Of a stretch of 64,000 nucleotides of DNA, positions 29,960 to 41,091 are shown piece by piece (the stretch's first letter is position 1; the number at the start of each line of letters is the position of its first letter). The translations under genes were made by a program, and so were the position numbers. This DNA comes from Sphingomonadales bacterium. GTDB taxonomy: Bacteria > Pseudomonadota > Alphaproteobacteria > Sphingomonadales > Sphingomonadaceae. Under the pieces are notes generated by a model. That model made no database searches. It saw only the letters and a program-made list of their open reading frames with translations, and was not told the DNA's origin. Where the stretch lies: positions 10,892 to 74,891 of the forward strand of contig SEFZ01000021.1 of assembly GCA_004173185.1 (NCBI GenBank), in the 5' to 3' direction.

Positions 29960-31295
29960 AGGTTTTCATCAGATCATAGAGGGTCGGGCGGCTGATACCG
30001 AGCAGGCGCGCGGTGCCGGAGATATTGCCTTCGGCGCGGGCAAGCGCGTGGCGAATCGCCTTGCGGTCCGCCATTTCGCGCGCGGCCTTTAGGTTGACCG
30101 GGCCAGTTTCACCCTGCGCTTCGAGATCGAGATCGGCGGCGGTGACGAGCTTGCCATCGGCCATGATCGCAGCGCGCTTCACCCGGTTTTCCAGCTCGCG
30201 GACATTGCCGGGCCAGCTCCACGCGTCGATCGCGGCGAGCGCATCGGGCGCGAAGCTGCGCACCCCGGTTTTCATCGCGGCCGCATATTTGTTGAGGAAA
30301 TGGCGCGCGACGAGACCGGCATCGCCGGGACGCTCGGCGAGCGTCGGGATGCGGATGACGATCTCGGCCAGCCGGTAATAGAGATCTTCGCGGAAGCGGC
30401 TGTCGGCGACCATCGCATCGACATCCTGATGCGTCGCGCAGACCACGCGGACATCGACCGGGATTGGCTTGCGTCCGCCGATCCGCTCGATCACGCGCTC
30501 TTGCAGAAAGCGGAGCAGCTTGACTTGAAGCGCCAGCGGCACATCGCCGATTTCGTCGAGGAATAGCGTGCCGCCCTGAGCGAGTTCGATCTTGCCTTCG
30601 GTGGTTTTTACGGCACCCGTGAACGCGCCCTTTTCGTGGCCGAACAGTTCGGATTCGAGAAGCGTTTCGGGGATCGCGGCGCAATTGATCGCGATGAACG
30701 CGCCTTTGCGGCGGCTGGCGTCATGCAGCCCGCGCGCGAGCAATTCCTTGCCGGTGCCGCTGGCGCCGAGCAGCATCACCGATACATCGGCACCTGCAAC
30801 GCGCTCGATCGTGCGCGTGACCTTCAGCATTTCCGGTGCGCCGGTGATCATGCCGCCGAGCACGGTGCCCGCTTCGGCACGCTCGGCGAGGCGGCGATTC
30901 TCGGCTTCCAGCCCATGGACGTGGAAGGCGCGCGCCACGATCAGGCCGAGCGCGTCGATATCGATCGGCTTCTGGTAGAAATCCCACGCGCCCATCTGGA
31001 TCGCGCGCAGCATCGATTCATGCGCGCCATGTCCCGATGCGACGATCACCTTGGTGTCCGGCCGCAATTGCAGGATTGTGGCGAGCGTGGCGAAGCCTTC
31101 GGCGGTGCCGTCCGGATCTGGCGGCAGGCCGAGATCGAGAGTGACGACCGGCGGCTCTTCGGCGCGGAGGATCGTGATCGCCTCTTCGCGCGTCGATGCC
31201 GTGAAGATTTGATAGCCGTCATAGGCCCAGCGCAACTGGCGCTGAAGCCCGGCATCGTCCTCGACGATGAGCAGCTTGGGAAGCGGTGCGGTCAT
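29943..31295 (-). CDS. prsR: PEP-CTERM-box sigma54-dependent response regulator
   Basis: VTLDLGLPPDPDG, GASGTGKE, GAFTGA, WPGNVRELEN, Fis-type HTH ISRPTLYDL. Confidence 0.92.
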   Translation of the reverse strand: MTAPLPKLLIVEDDAGLQRQLRWAYDGYQIFTASTREEAITILRAEEPPVVTLDLGLPPDPDGTAEGFATLATILQLRPDTKVIVASGHGAHESMLRAIQMGAWDFYQKPIDIDALGLIVARAFHVHGLEAENRRLAERAEAGTVLGGMITGAPEMLKVTRTIERVAGADVSVMLLGASGTGKELLARGLHDASRRKGAFIAINCAAIPETLLESELFGHEKGAFTGAVKTTEGKIELAQGGTLFLDEIGDVPLALQVKLLRFLQERVIERIGGRKPIPVDVRVVCATHQDVDAMVADSRFREDLYYRLAEIVIRIPTLAERPGDAGLVARHFLNKYAAAMKTGVRSFAPDALAAIDAWSWPGNVRELENRVKRAAIMADGKLVTAADLDLEAQGETGPVNLKAAREMADRKAIRHALARAEGNISGTARLLGISRPTLYDLMKTYDLQP

Positions 31296-33379
31296 GCGGC
31301 GCGGTCAATCTTATGGTTTGCGGGGTTCGCTGCGGGAGGAAGATCGGCGGCATGCGCGGCCTTGAGGATCACGCGGAAGCGGCTGCCGCTGTCTTCGCGC
31401 GAAGTCACTTCGATGCGGCCTTCCATCTGCTGAGCGATCTGCAACGCCTCGAATGCCCCAATGCCGAACCCGCCGGGCTTGGACGAGACGAAGGGCTTGA
31501 ACAATTTGTCGCGCACGAATGCGGGCGACATGCCGGTGCCGGCGTCGATCACGTCGATCGTCACTTGTACGCCGTCCGCGTTTACCGCGAGCGTGATGGG
31601 CTCATGTGGCGGACTGGCTTCGATGGCGTTCTGCACCAAATGGCCGAGCAATTGCTCGAGCCCCGCCGGATCGGCCTGAGCGATGGCCACGCGGGTGCCC
31701 GTCGTAACGACTGGATGCTGGCCGCGACGGGCGGCGGCGACGCGCTCGACCAGCGGCACGATCTCGCAGGCGTGCGGCGCTTCGGCACGGCCGCGATGGA
31801 TTTGCGAGAGCCGCGCGAGCAACGCGTTCATGCGGTCGGCCGAATCCTTGAGCGTCGCGACCATGTCGGCGCGAAACTCGGGCTTTTCGGCATGCCGCTC
31901 GGCGTTGCGCGCCGTGAGCGTGAGCTGACTGACCAGATTCTTGATGTCGTGGAGAATGAAGGCGAAGCGGCGGTTGAACTCGTCGAAACGCTGCGCCTCG
32001 GCCAACGCATCCTGCGCGCGGGCTTCTGCAAGATATGAGGCGACCTGGCGACCCGCGACCTTGAGCAGATCGAAATCCTCCCAGTCGAGCGGACGGCTGA
32101 CGGGGGGACGCGCGAGCAGGATCGCACCGGCGAGGGTGGCCATATGCGGCAGAGGCACGAGCACCCAGGCGTCGGGCGCATCAAGCATCCATTGCGGCAC
32201 GGCGGCGATTTCGCTGCTGGTGCTGTTCTGCGCCCGTAGCGCGTCGAGATCGAGGATGCGACCGGTCGCCTCCAGATGGCGCGCAAGAGCGGTGTCGCTG
32301 AGCAAGGGCAGCGTCGTGCGGTCCCAGTTCCAGCTCGCGCCCGGGCCGAGGCCGCCGGCGTCGGGAACCAGCAGTACGCCTGCGGGCGAATCGGTCAGGT
32401 CGGCAATGGCCTTGACGATGCGCTCGTCGAGTGCCGCGCCGCCTTCGGGTGCGCCAAGCGTTTCGGTGAAGCGCATCCACTCGCTGCGATAATCATAGCG
32501 GTGGCGGAAAAGGTGCTTGGCGAGCTTGACCTTGATCCACGCGCGTAGCCAGGAATTGGAGACGAGGGTCAGGATCGCGGCGGTCGAGCCTAGGACGAAA
32601 GCAGTTTGGAAGATGCGGGTATTGTCGCCTCCCAACGCGGCGATGCCCCAGGTCGCGAACGCCAGCAGCGCGAAATAGGCGCCGATCGCGACGAGCGACA
32701 GCGATTGATAGGCTACCGCACGCGAGACATGGACGCTCCATTTGTCCTTGCGCTGGAGCCCGATGCCGATCGCCAGCGCAACCACGACCATCGAGAAGCC
32801 GCGCAAGGCGATCTCCCAGCTGTTCCAGCTAGCCGTGACATAAGAGGTGCTGAACACCGCGAAATCGGTGGCCCAAATCCCGCCGAGCGCGATGACGATC
32901 CATTTGAGCCCCCCGCTGGCGGACGGATGGACCGAGGAATAGATTGCCTGAACCAGCACGAGCGCCGCCACCGCGACGAGCATGCGCAGAAGCAATGCTC
33001 CGGTCTCAACCCCGCGCGCCACATCGGGTCCACCCGCGTTGCCGATAACGTGGACGGTAAGCGCGGTGAGCGCGACCATCGCGACGACGCCGTAGACGGT
33101 GCCGATCGCAAGCGGCGGCCGGATGCTGCCACTGCGGCGGTGCAAAGCGATCATGAAGCCGAGCCAAGCGAGATTGCGGAGGGTCTCCGCGACGCGGGTC
33201 ACCATTTCCGCGCCGCCGATCCCCGCCACGGCAAGCGCCCAGAGCGCTGTCAGCGCCAGCGCGAGAACGAGTGTACGGCGCGGCAGGCGCTGTTCGCGCG
33301 CGCGCCACGCACCGATGGTCAGCGCGCCGAACAGCAAAGCTGCGAGCGCGTGCGACCAGAGGACGAGATCGTTTCCCAT
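31292..33379 (-). CDS. prsK: PEP-CTERM system histidine kinase
   Basis: Multi-TM N-terminus, KHLFRHRYDYRSEW, GAF region LDWEDFDLLK, FILHDIKN, GFGIGAFE. Confidence 0.92.
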   Translation of the reverse strand: MGNDLVLWSHALAALLFGALTIGAWRAREQRLPRRTLVLALALTALWALAVAGIGGAEMVTRVAETLRNLAWLGFMIALHRRSGSIRPPLAIGTVYGVVAMVALTALTVHVIGNAGGPDVARGVETGALLLRMLVAVAALVLVQAIYSSVHPSASGGLKWIVIALGGIWATDFAVFSTSYVTASWNSWEIALRGFSMVVVALAIGIGLQRKDKWSVHVSRAVAYQSLSLVAIGAYFALLAFATWGIAALGGDNTRIFQTAFVLGSTAAILTLVSNSWLRAWIKVKLAKHLFRHRYDYRSEWMRFTETLGAPEGGAALDERIVKAIADLTDSPAGVLLVPDAGGLGPGASWNWDRTTLPLLSDTALARHLEATGRILDLDALRAQNSTSSEIAAVPQWMLDAPDAWVLVPLPHMATLAGAILLARPPVSRPLDWEDFDLLKVAGRQVASYLAEARAQDALAEAQRFDEFNRRFAFILHDIKNLVSQLTLTARNAERHAEKPEFRADMVATLKDSADRMNALLARLSQIHRGRAEAPHACEIVPLVERVAAARRGQHPVVTTGTRVAIAQADPAGLEQLLGHLVQNAIEASPPHEPITLAVNADGVQVTIDVIDAGTGMSPAFVRDKLFKPFVSSKPGGFGIGAFEALQIAQQMEGRIEVTSREDSGSRFRVILKAAHAADLPPAANPANHKIDRAA

Positions 33380-34767
33380 CAGCGCGCGCCTTCCGGGAAC
33401 AGCACCACGCGCAACGTCTGGAGGAGGATCAGCAGATCGAGGAAAGGCGAGTAATTCTTGGCGTAATAGAGGTCATATTCGAGCTTCTGGCGGCTGTCCT
33501 CGATCGACGCACCATAGGGATAATTGATCTGTGCCCAGCCGGTGATTCCCGGTTTCACCATGTGGCGCTCGGCATAATAATTGAGCTGGGTCTCGAGATC
33601 CGCGACGAATTGCGGGCGCTCGGGACGCGGGCCGACAAAGCTCATCTCCCCCTTGAGCACGCTCCAGCATTGCGGGAGCTCATCGATGCGGGTCTTCCGC
33701 AGGAAATTGCCGACCCGTGTGATTCGCGGATCGTTCTTTTCGGCCCAGACGGCCTTGCCGGCGACTTCGGCGTCCTGGCGCATCGAGCGGATCTTGATGA
33801 CGTCGAAGCCCTGGCCGAACAGCCCTACGCGGCGCTGGCGGTAAAATGCCGGACCCTTGCTTTCCAGCTTCACCGCGAGCGCGGCGATCAGGATGAACGG
33901 TAGCATCAGCGTGAGCAGGATCAGGCTGGCGGTGATGTCGAACACGCGCTTAAAGGCGCTCGAAAACATCCGGCCGGAGGAGAAACCATCGGAGAAGATC
34001 AGCCAGCTTGGATTGACGCTGGCGAGATCGACGCGACCGGTTTCGCGCTCGAGGAAGGTCGAGATCTCGTTGACGTGGACGCCGGTGGTCTTGATCCGCA
34101 GCAGATCCTTGAGCGGAAGCGCGTTGCGGCGCTCCTCAAGCGCGAGAACGACTTCGCTGGCGTTGAGCAGCACGACATGGTCGGCGAGGTTGTAGATCGC
34201 GTCGCGGGCGATCGCCTCGGGAATCACTCGCGCTGCCTCGCTCATCGAGATATAGCCGACGACCGCGAAGCCGGCGCCGGGCGTCTTGGAAAGGTCCTTG
34301 AGCCGCTGTGCGCGCGCGCCTGCGCCGAGCACGACGATCCGGCGCTTGAACGCCTGGCTGCCCAGCGCCTTGCCGAGCAGCATGCGCAGGAAGATCAGCA
34401 AGCCGATCGACACACCCATCGCGTAGAGCAGGTTGGAGCGCCAGAAGCCGATTTCCGGGATCAGGAAATAGAGGGTGCTGAGCCCGATCACGCCGAGCGA
34501 TACCGCAACGATCAGCCGCGCGGTGGCGTAACGGAGCGATTGCAGCGCTTCAGTGCCATAGACTCCGACCGAGATCATCGCGACTTCGAGGAAGAGCGCA
34601 TAGCTTAACAATTCGGGCCAGCGCGTGATGATCGGCAGCGGCGTCATGTCGAGCTGATGGGCGCGGATCGTCCAGCCGATCTCGCCCGCGGCGAGCAGTA
34701 GGAGAATGTCCAGCGCACCGAGCAACAGCACGGCATTGGGGACGTAATGCTTGAACAAGCGGATCAT
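33379..34767 (-). CDS. PEP-CTERM/XrtA-associated sugar transferase (TIGR03013-type priming glycosyltransferase)
   Basis: MIRLFKHY start, TMs, KIRSMRQDAE, DPRITRVG, DELPQ, GPRPERP, KPGITGWAQ, KLEYDLYY. Confidence 0.9.
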   Translation of the reverse strand: MIRLFKHYVPNAVLLLGALDILLLLAAGEIGWTIRAHQLDMTPLPIITRWPELLSYALFLEVAMISVGVYGTEALQSLRYATARLIVAVSLGVIGLSTLYFLIPEIGFWRSNLLYAMGVSIGLLIFLRMLLGKALGSQAFKRRIVVLGAGARAQRLKDLSKTPGAGFAVVGYISMSEAARVIPEAIARDAIYNLADHVVLLNASEVVLALEERRNALPLKDLLRIKTTGVHVNEISTFLERETGRVDLASVNPSWLIFSDGFSSGRMFSSAFKRVFDITASLILLTLMLPFILIAALAVKLESKGPAFYRQRRVGLFGQGFDVIKIRSMRQDAEVAGKAVWAEKNDPRITRVGNFLRKTRIDELPQCWSVLKGEMSFVGPRPERPQFVADLETQLNYYAERHMVKPGITGWAQINYPYGASIEDSRQKLEYDLYYAKNYSPFLDLLILLQTLRVVLFPEGAR

Positions 34768-34933
34768 GACGCATTCGCAATAGGGAGGAAGTGTAAACAA
34801 ATCCGACATGAGCCCGCCTGTCGGCCAGCTTGACGCGAAAAGTTGCGAGGTTGTGAAACCGCGAGCGAATGCGAGGGTTTGACGAGCGGGGCAAACACCA
34901 CCATTCAGCAGGCTATATCGGGAGCCAATACGC

Positions 34934-35992
34934 ATGCCGGAATCTACGCCGATCATCCCCGTTATCCTTTCCGGGGGATCGGGCACACGCTTATGGCCTA
35001 TGTCGCGGGCCGAGCGGCCCAAGCAGTTGCTGGCGCTGACCGCCGAAGAGACGATGCTCCAGCTCACCGCGCGGCGAACGGGGGGCGAGCGCTTTGCCGC
35101 GCCGATCGTGGTGGCCAATGCGGCGCATGCCGATCTGGTCGACGAGCAATTGGGTCTGGTGGGCGCCGCGGCGCAGGCGCTGATCCTGGAGCCGATGGGG
35201 CGCAATACCGCGCCGGCGATTGCGCTGGCGGCGATCGCGGCGGGCGGTGGTGCCGACCTGCTGCTGGTGATGCCATCGGACCATGTCATCGCCGATGTGG
35301 CCGCGTTCCACCGCGCGATCGAGGCCTCGTTGCCGCTCGTCGAGGACGGCTGGCTGGTGACCTTTGGGATCACGCCCGACGGACCCGAGACCGGCTATGG
35401 CTATATCAAGGTAGGCGAGAGCATCGGCGAAGGCGTTCACCGGGTCGATCGCTTCGTCGAGAAGCCGCCGCGCGAGGCTGCGGAAGCGATGCTCGCGAGC
35501 GGCGATCATGCCTGGAACGGTGGCATCTTCCTGTTCCGCGCAGACGCCTATCTGGGGGCACTGGCTTCCTATGCGCCTGAAATGCTCGCTGCCGCGCAGG
35601 AGTCGATGGACAAGGGCAAGCGCGACTGCGCGCGCATCTGGCCTGACCCGCAAGCCTTTGCCGCAAGCCCATCGGATTCGGTCGACTATGCCGTGATGGA
35701 GAAAGCGCCGCGCGTCGCGGTGGTGCCGGTGGCGATGGGCTGGAACGATGTGGGTAGCTGGGACGCGCTGCACGCGATCAGCGACGCGGACGAGGGCGGC
35801 AACGTGTTGCGCGGGGATGTGGTGGCAATCGACACCGCACATTGCATGGTTCGCGCGGAGGCGGGCAAGCGGGTTGCGCTGGTTGGTGTGTCGGACCTGA
35901 TCGTGGTGGCGCATGGCGATGAGATATTGATCCTGCCGCGCGGCCGCAGCCAGGAAGTCAAAAGGCTGCTGGAAGCGATGCAGCGCGGATAG
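34934..35992 (+). CDS. manC: Mannose-1-phosphate guanylyltransferase (no PMI cupin domain)
   Basis: LSGGSGTRLWPMSR, PKQ, EPMGRNTAPA, PSDH, FVEKP, SVDYAVME, WNDVGSW. Confidence 0.9.
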   Translation: MPESTPIIPVILSGGSGTRLWPMSRAERPKQLLALTAEETMLQLTARRTGGERFAAPIVVANAAHADLVDEQLGLVGAAAQALILEPMGRNTAPAIALAAIAAGGGADLLLVMPSDHVIADVAAFHRAIEASLPLVEDGWLVTFGITPDGPETGYGYIKVGESIGEGVHRVDRFVEKPPREAAEAMLASGDHAWNGGIFLFRADAYLGALASYAPEMLAAAQESMDKGKRDCARIWPDPQAFAASPSDSVDYAVMEKAPRVAVVPVAMGWNDVGSWDALHAISDADEGGNVLRGDVVAIDTAHCMVRAEAGKRVALVGVSDLIVVAHGDEILILPRGRSQEVKRLLEAMQRG

Positions 35993-36015
35993 CTTTTGCG
36001 GGGAGGGCGGCGGAC

Positions 36016-36624
36016 GTGGCGACCAAGCTTCGGCAACCGGCCTTCCCGGACCGCGTCCAATTGCCGCTGCGCTTCGACGCCGCGTTGCTCGAACGGGATC
36101 TGAAGGCGCTGGAGCCCGAATGGATCGCGCATTTCGTGCCGCAGAATTACGAGGGCGAATGGGCCGCGTTTCCACTGCGCGCCCCGGCGGGGGAAACGCA
36201 TCCGATCCGCATGATTTCGGCCAATCCTGGGGTTACAGAGTTCGTCGATACGCCGGCGCTGGCGAGGACGCCGTATTTCCGCGAAGTGCTCGACAGCCTG
36301 AAATGTCCACTGCTGAGCGTGCGGTTGATGCGGCTAGGGGCCGGATCGGTGATCAAGGAGCATCGCGACGATACGCTCAGCGTCGAGGAAGGGCAGGCGC
36401 GGCTGCACGTGCCGATCGTCACCGATGCCGCGGTGGAATTCATGCTCAACCACCGGGCCGTGACGATGGAGTCCGGAACTCTCTGGTACCTCCGGCTTTC
36501 CGACCCGCACTCGGCGGTCAATCGCTCCAGCCGCGACCGCATCCACCTCGTGATCGACGTGGACGCGAACGACTGGTTGCTCGAACGACTAGCCGAAGGT
36601 CAGGCCATCAACGCCTCGGCCTGA
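36016..36624 (+). CDS. Aspartyl/asparaginyl beta-hydroxylase-like Fe(II)/2OG dioxygenase
   Basis: RLMRL, HxD in KEHRDD, RLHVPI, distal His in PHSAVN, RIHLVID. Confidence 0.85.
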   Translation: MATKLRQPAFPDRVQLPLRFDAALLERDLKALEPEWIAHFVPQNYEGEWAAFPLRAPAGETHPIRMISANPGVTEFVDTPALARTPYFREVLDSLKCPLLSVRLMRLGAGSVIKEHRDDTLSVEEGQARLHVPIVTDAAVEFMLNHRAVTMESGTLWYLRLSDPHSAVNRSSRDRIHLVIDVDANDWLLERLAEGQAINASA

Positions 36625-38459
36625 TCGAGCACCGATTTGAAGTCTGCGACCACCGCCTGATAGGGCGCAGGGCTGGTCATATCGAGCCCAGCGCGCTTGA
36701 GGATGTCGACCGGATAATCCGATCCGCCCGCCTTCAGCACCGACAGGAAATTGTCGCGCTCCTTCGCGCCGCCCTTGAGGATCGACTGGGTAAAGTAGGT
36801 CGCGGCTGAGATGCAGGTAGCATATTGGTAGACGTAGAAGCTGTTGTAGAAGTGGGGAATATACGCCCATTCATTGGCATATTCGGGCTCTAGCCCGAGC
36901 TTGGGTCCGTGATAACGCTTGAGCAGATCGAAATAGATCGCGTTGAACTTCTCGCCTGACATGCCTTCGCCCGCTTCGGCCTTGTCGTGCGCAATCAGTT
37001 CGAACTCGGCGAACATCGTCTGGCGATAAAATGTGCCGCGGTAATTCTCCATCTGCTGGCCGAGATAAAAGAGCTTCTCCTCCTTGGTCTTCGCATTTTT
37101 GAGCATCTGGGCGACGAGAAGCTGCTCGTTGATCGTCGACGCGATCTCGGCGAGGAAGATCGAATAGCCCGATTTGTCATAGGGCTGGGCCAGCTTGGCG
37201 AGCACGGTGTGCAGCGCATGGCCCCATTCGTGCGCATAGGTGCTCAAGCCATCATATTTGTTCGACAGGTTGAGCAGCAGATAGGGGTGCACGTCATACG
37301 CGCCAGGGCTCATATAGGCGCCGGGACGCTTGCCGGGTCGCGGCCACGGATCCTGCCATTTCGCCGCCGTCGCCGCCGCGATGCGCTGCTGGTAATCGGG
37401 GCCGAGCGGCTTGACTGCTTCCAGCGTCAGCGTGCGCATCTGATCGAGCGTGAAGCTCCGGTCGAGCGACACGAGCGGGGGATAGATGTCGGAATAAGCG
37501 ATATCCGGCAGCTTGAGCATCCGGCGGCGTAGCTCGAAATAGCGATGGAGCTCGGGAAGGCCCTTGTTCGTCTCCGCAACCAGGGTGCGATAGACCGATT
37601 CGGGAACGTTGTTGCCCGAAAGCGCACGGGCGAGCGAGCTCGGATATTTGCGGGTCTTCGCGTAGAAGATGTCGCTCTTCAGCTTCGCGGAATAGCTTGC
37701 GCCGAATGAGCTTTTGAACTGGCCGTGCGCGGCCCAGAATGCCGCAAACACCGCCTTGCGATCCTCGCGGTTCGGCGCATCGCGATTGAGCGTATAGCCT
37801 TGGCTGTCCAGCCGAACTTCCTTGCCGGTGGAAAGCTTGATCGTCGGCCAGGGAATGTCCGACGAGCGGAGCTGTCCGCTGATCTCGGCTGGCCCGGCAA
37901 GTGGTGAGCCGACCGAGGCAAGGATCGATTCGCCCTCTGGCGACAGCGTGTGCTCGGCCTGGCGGATCGTATCGCGCAGATCAAAATCGAAGCGGGTGTT
38001 GAGCGTGGTGTTGGTGGCGATGAAGCTTTCGATCTTGTCCTTGCCGAGCGTCAGCAGTTCGGGCGTCGTCCAGAACGCGGCTTCGCCGAATGCAGTGTAG
38101 AGGTCGCGCGCCTGCGCCAGCTTTTCCTGATTGGCGGAGATGCGGACGTCTTCGTCGCCTTTGAGCGAGGCATAGGTGTAAATTCGCCCGATCGTGCGGC
38201 CAAGATCGGACTGGAGGACCATCGCCTCGGCAAGCACATCGGCGCTTTCGCCGAGCCGGCCCTTATATTTCTCGACGCCGGGAATCGCGGCGAGCGCTGC
38301 CTTGCGCGCGGCTTCCCATGCGGCTTCGCTCGGGTAGATTTCGGTGAGATCCCACATCGCGCCCGTGGGCACTGCATCCTGTGCCCAGGCGGGAACGGCG
38401 GTGGCAAGCGGAACGAGCGCGGCGGCGGCGAGCGCCTGGCGGCGCGTGACTTCGGTCAT
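36600..38459 (-). CDS. pepF: Oligoendopeptidase F (M3B) with Tat signal
   Basis: WDLTEIY, KRPGAY, HEWGH, AEIAS, RQTMFAEFE, HFYNSFYVYQY; N-terminal TRRQAL...AWA. Confidence 0.92.
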   Translation of the reverse strand: MTEVTRRQALAAAALVPLATAVPAWAQDAVPTGAMWDLTEIYPSEAAWEAARKAALAAIPGVEKYKGRLGESADVLAEAMVLQSDLGRTIGRIYTYASLKGDEDVRISANQEKLAQARDLYTAFGEAAFWTTPELLTLGKDKIESFIATNTTLNTRFDFDLRDTIRQAEHTLSPEGESILASVGSPLAGPAEISGQLRSSDIPWPTIKLSTGKEVRLDSQGYTLNRDAPNREDRKAVFAAFWAAHGQFKSSFGASYSAKLKSDIFYAKTRKYPSSLARALSGNNVPESVYRTLVAETNKGLPELHRYFELRRRMLKLPDIAYSDIYPPLVSLDRSFTLDQMRTLTLEAVKPLGPDYQQRIAAATAAKWQDPWPRPGKRPGAYMSPGAYDVHPYLLLNLSNKYDGLSTYAHEWGHALHTVLAKLAQPYDKSGYSIFLAEIASTINEQLLVAQMLKNAKTKEEKLFYLGQQMENYRGTFYRQTMFAEFELIAHDKAEAGEGMSGEKFNAIYFDLLKRYHGPKLGLEPEYANEWAYIPHFYNSFYVYQYATCISAATYFTQSILKGGAKERDNFLSVLKAGGSDYPVDILKRAGLDMTSPAPYQAVVADFKSVLDQAEALMA

Positions 38460-38571
38460 GATCGTGCTTCCCCAGGGAAAGCGCCGATAGCTCAGCGCTG
38501 GTTGAAGCGGGCAATCTGTCGCCGAAAACCGAACAAGGGAAGCGTTTTGTTGGAGTGATACACCCGCGCGC

Positions 38572-38745
38572 TCAGGCCTTGCGCGTCACGATCCAGTCGC
38601 GCTTGGCGCGGCGCTCCATGGGGACGCCGCAAAAGGCGCATTTGCTGGTGTAGCGCTCCGAGCCGTCGGCTTTGCGGGCATGTTTTTGCGAACGCTCATG
38701 CTTGCCGAACAGGCAACGTGCTCGACCCTTAACCCAACGAAACAC
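38572..38745 (-). CDS. Small basic Cys/His protein, 57 aa (possible zinc ribbon)
   Basis: GGGGGAGA RBS then GTG; MFRWVKGRARCLFGKH...SKCAFCGVPM...W. Confidence 0.6.
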   Translation of the reverse strand: MFRWVKGRARCLFGKHERSQKHARKADGSERYTSKCAFCGVPMERRAKRDWIVTRKA

Positions 38746-38827
38746 AAATCTCTCCCCCGAAGATCGCGAAGCCCACGTTGAACAAACGCGGCGACGGGTC
38801 AAGCGGCACACTGACCGTTTTGATACA

Positions 38828-38866
38828 GAAGGGCCGGGAGATTGCTCGCCCGGCCCTTTCGTTTTT
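38828..38866. terminator. Intrinsic terminator downstream of groEL (possibly bidirectional)
   Basis: AAGGGCCGGG...CCCGGCCCTT stem flanked by T/A-rich tracts. Confidence 0.75.
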
Positions 38867-38895
38867 TCGACCGGATGGCCGGAAGGTTCGGATCC

Positions 38896-38992
38896 CGTCC
38901 CGGTAAAAGCCGGGACTCGTCGGACGGGCTTGCGGCCCGCCGTCCGGATCGGAACGGCCTGAACTAGCGTGGCTAATTCAGGCCGTTCTCGA

Positions 38993-38994
<2 letters not shown>
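38896..38994 (-). repeat. Three-hairpin structured element, copy A (groEL 3' UTR)
   Basis: Hairpins at 38947-38994, 38921-38946 and 38897-38916; same layout as 49621-49722. Confidence 0.65.
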
Positions 38995-40663
<1,669 letters not shown>

Positions 40664-40691
40664 TCACGAATGTTCGCAGTGACTATGGAGG

Positions 40692-40979
40692 TCAGCCGAC
40701 GATCCCGAGGATGTCGCTTTCCTTCATGATCAACAGGTCTTCGCCGTTGACCTTGACCTCGGTGCCCGACCATTTGCCGAACAGGATCTTGTCACCAGCC
40801 TTGACGTCGAGCGGGGTGATCGTGCCCGCTTCGGTGCGCGTGCCCGAACCGACGGCGACGACTTCGCCTTCTTGCGGCTTTTCCTGCGCGGTGTCTGGGA
40901 TGATGATGCCGCCGGCGGTCTTCTGCTCAGCTTCGACGCGGCGAACGAGCACGCGGTCGTGCAACGGACGGAAGTTCAT
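40692..40979 (-). CDS. groS: Co-chaperonin GroES
   Basis: [26 protein letters not shown]. Confidence 0.99.
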   Translation of the reverse strand: MNFRPLHDRVLVRRVEAEQKTAGGIIIPDTAQEKPQEGEVVAVGSGTRTEAGTITPLDVKAGDKILFGKWSGTEVKVNGEDLLIMKESDILGIVG

Positions 40980-41008
40980 TGCTTAGTGTCCTCTCGGATT
41001 GTGACAGT

Positions 41009-41035
41009 TTGGCACTCGACTCAAGTGAGTGCCAG
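41009..41035. promoter_or_regulatory. CIRCE element (HrcA operator)
   Basis: TTGGCACTC-N9-GAGTGCCAG versus consensus TTAGCACTC-N9-GAGTGCTAA, just upstream of groES. Confidence 0.9.
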
Positions 41036-41043
41036 CAAGGCGC

Positions 41044-41071
41044 ATATGTGCAGGCCGATGACCGTCGTCAA
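41044..41071 (-). promoter_or_regulatory. Probable RpoH-type promoter of groESL
   Basis: TTGAC-N16-CACATAT immediately upstream of CIRCE. Confidence 0.55.
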
Positions 41072-41091
41072 CGGGCCGCTCGCAATAAAAG

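Noticed and set aside
34768-35373. About 200-aa N-terminal extension of the sugar transferase ORF
   Set aside because: Overlaps manC on the opposite strand; the family-typical start is MIRLFKHY at 34767.
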